The notes below the pieces were generated by a model, which did no database searches, had not been told where the DNA came from, and saw only the letters and a program-made list of their open reading frames with translations. Positions 63,024-64,000 of a stretch of 64,000 bases of DNA are shown in pieces. The stretch spans positions 5,237 to 69,236 of the forward strand of contig CAZHZF010000007.1 of assembly GCA_964536925.1 (NCBI GenBank). Reading direction: 5' to 3'. This DNA is from an uncultured Dehalococcoidales bacterium (lineage in GTDB: Bacteria; Chloroflexota; UBA6077; FW602-bin22). A program made the position numbers and the translations under genes. The stretch's first letter is position 1; each line of letters opens with the position of its first letter.

Positions 63024-63893
63024 TCCGTCCGGATCCGTCCACACGAACGAGGGGCCGATCGCCGCCAGGAGTGCGGCATTCGTCGCGACCCGCACCGCCT
63101 CGACCGAGCATCGCCTGAGGTCCGCGATCCCGCGCGCGACACCCACGACGTCGGCCGGCTCGGTCGTGCGGCCCGGCAGCGGATACGTATCCGTCTCGAT
63201 CGTGAGGCGGTCCAGAGGGATCGTCGTCGCGACCGCCTCGCGCAGCGGCCCGTTCTCCGGACGGAGCACGGGACGACCGACCGAGATCCAGAGTCCGGCA
63301 TCGAGGATCGTGCGGACGAGCGCCGGGCCTCCGGTGAAGTAGTGAAGGATCGCCCGCACGCCGGCGGCCGCGACGCGGTCGACCGCCCACCCCATGGCAT
63401 CGGTGCCACGAAGATGGAGGTTCAGCGGCCGGTCGTGCGCCGCGGCGATTTCGATGAAGCGCTCCAGGAGTGCCCTCTGCGCCGCCAGACCGACCGGACC
63501 GGTTTCGTCCAGGCCGACCTCGCCGATGAACGGCGCGAGCGGATCCAGGATCATCCGCTCCATCGCGGCCATCTCGCCGTCGGTGGGGAGGCGCGTCGAG
63601 GCGGGATGCCAGCCCACACCCGGATGGATCCGCGGCCAGTCCGGTCGATGGCGCGACGCCAGCGCCAGATCGATCGCCGTTGCGGCCGCGGCGACGTCAT
63701 TCGCGACCGCGAGCACCACAGCGATGCCGGCGGCGCGTGCGCGGCGAAGCAGTGCGTCGCGCTCCGCCGCCCCGTAACCCTCGAGGTGGACGTGCGCGTC
63801 GGCGAACCCGGTCAGAGGATCAGGCGTCGGATGTCCTCCGCGCGCCCGCGCAGGATACGACCCGAGGTCGGATACGACGGGGGACGAGGCCAT
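63009..63893 (-). CDS. TatD family metal-dependent hydrolase
   Basis: FADAHVHLEG (HxH). The remainder matches a TatD-type TIM barrel. The start may be CTG 63815, because ATG 63893 would overlap the upstream gene by 82 nt. Confidence 0.8.
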   Translation of the reverse strand: MASSPVVSDLGSYPARARGGHPTPDPLTGFADAHVHLEGYGAAERDALLRRARAAGIAVVLAVANDVAAAATAIDLALASRHRPDWPRIHPGVGWHPASTRLPTDGEMAAMERMILDPLAPFIGEVGLDETGPVGLAAQRALLERFIEIAAAHDRPLNLHLRGTDAMGWAVDRVAAAGVRAILHYFTGGPALVRTILDAGLWISVGRPVLRPENGPLREAVATTIPLDRLTIETDTYPLPGRTTEPADVVGVARGIADLRRCSVEAVRVATNAALLAAIGPSFVWTDPDGSAPP

Positions 63894-64000
63894 CGGGCAC
63901 CCGACGCGGTGAGGAGCGCCACGATCGCGGCGTCGCGCCGCAGTCGCCCCTCGGCGACCAGCGCCCCGGCCGCGGCGACGCTTGCCGCCGAGGCCACATC
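63812..64000 (-). CDS. C-terminal fragment of a PLP-dependent enzyme (threonine-synthase-like), 5' end outside window
   Basis: The frame is open to the window edge. DVASAASVAAAGALVAEGRLRRDAAIVALLTASG resembles the E-P-A-S-A...LTG-x-G C-terminal segment of threonine synthase/tryptophan-synthase-beta-fold enzymes. Confidence 0.4.
   Translation of the reverse strand, partial: DVASAASVAAAGALVAEGRLRRDAAIVALLTASGARWPRPPSYPTSGRILRGRAEDIRRLIL

Noticed and set aside
1-64000. Mobile elements, prophage or defence islands, tRNA/rRNA genes and CRISPR arrays.
   Set aside because: I recognised no integrase, transposase, recombinase or phage structural signatures. I saw no direct repeats flanking the glycan island, no AT-rich spacer arrays and no tRNA-like cloverleaf candidates in the few intergenic gaps. 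Absence by eye is not proof.

Overview
This is a high-GC (about 69-70% by eye) bacterial chromosomal window that is almost fully coding. The taxon cannot be determined here; the gene content and Thr/Pro-rich repeats are reminiscent of Chloroflexota/Thermomicrobia or Actinomycetota, which is inference only. I recognised no rRNA, tRNA, CRISPR array, transposase, integrase or phage genes.

Layout:
- (i) 1-27.7 kb: a dense cell-surface glycan island. It has about 9 glycosyltransferase domains, 6 SAM-methyltransferase-fold domains, a processive QxxRW GT2, a Wzx-type flippase fused to a methyltransferase, a FemAB-like transferase, a deacetylase and a CPBP protease. It also has a translationally coupled trio: a DUF1616-like protein, a 543-aa polytopic membrane protein and an 827-aa exported protein.
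- (ii) 28-34 kb: myo-inositol-1-phosphate synthase lying divergent from a LacI regulator, followed by MBL, HAD and Gfo/Idh/MocA enzymes.
- (iii) 34.3-37.8 kb: the conserved but uncharacterised triad of circularly permuted ATP-grasp, alpha-E and transglutaminase.
- (iv) 38-45 kb: a sigma-70 factor, a GH42-like protein, an OpgC/alpha-beta-hydrolase fusion, a kinase-fold protein and an aldehyde dehydrogenase.
- (v) 45.5-47.5 kb: a secreted protein made of about 243 uninterrupted (Thr/Ser)-X dipeptides.
- (vi) 47.7-58.1 kb: two divergent molybdenum-hydroxylase (CoxSML/Xdh-type) clusters with CoxG, XdhC, an SDR and a MoaD/CysO-like protein.
- (vii) 58.2-64 kb: sugar/cyclitol-type catabolic enzymes, TatD and a truncated PLP-enzyme gene.

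Many long ORFs in the supplied track are antisense or alternate-frame artefacts of high GC. Several real starts are internal, and three junctions suggest CTG initiation. Two plausible coding frames are absent from the track (1-498 and 27886-28188).

Best novelty candidates are the (T-X)243 protein, the glycan island with its unknown trio, the MoaD-like protein in the Mo-hydroxylase/SDR operon, and the ATP-grasp triad. All functional calls rest on motif recognition by eye; no database search was possible.
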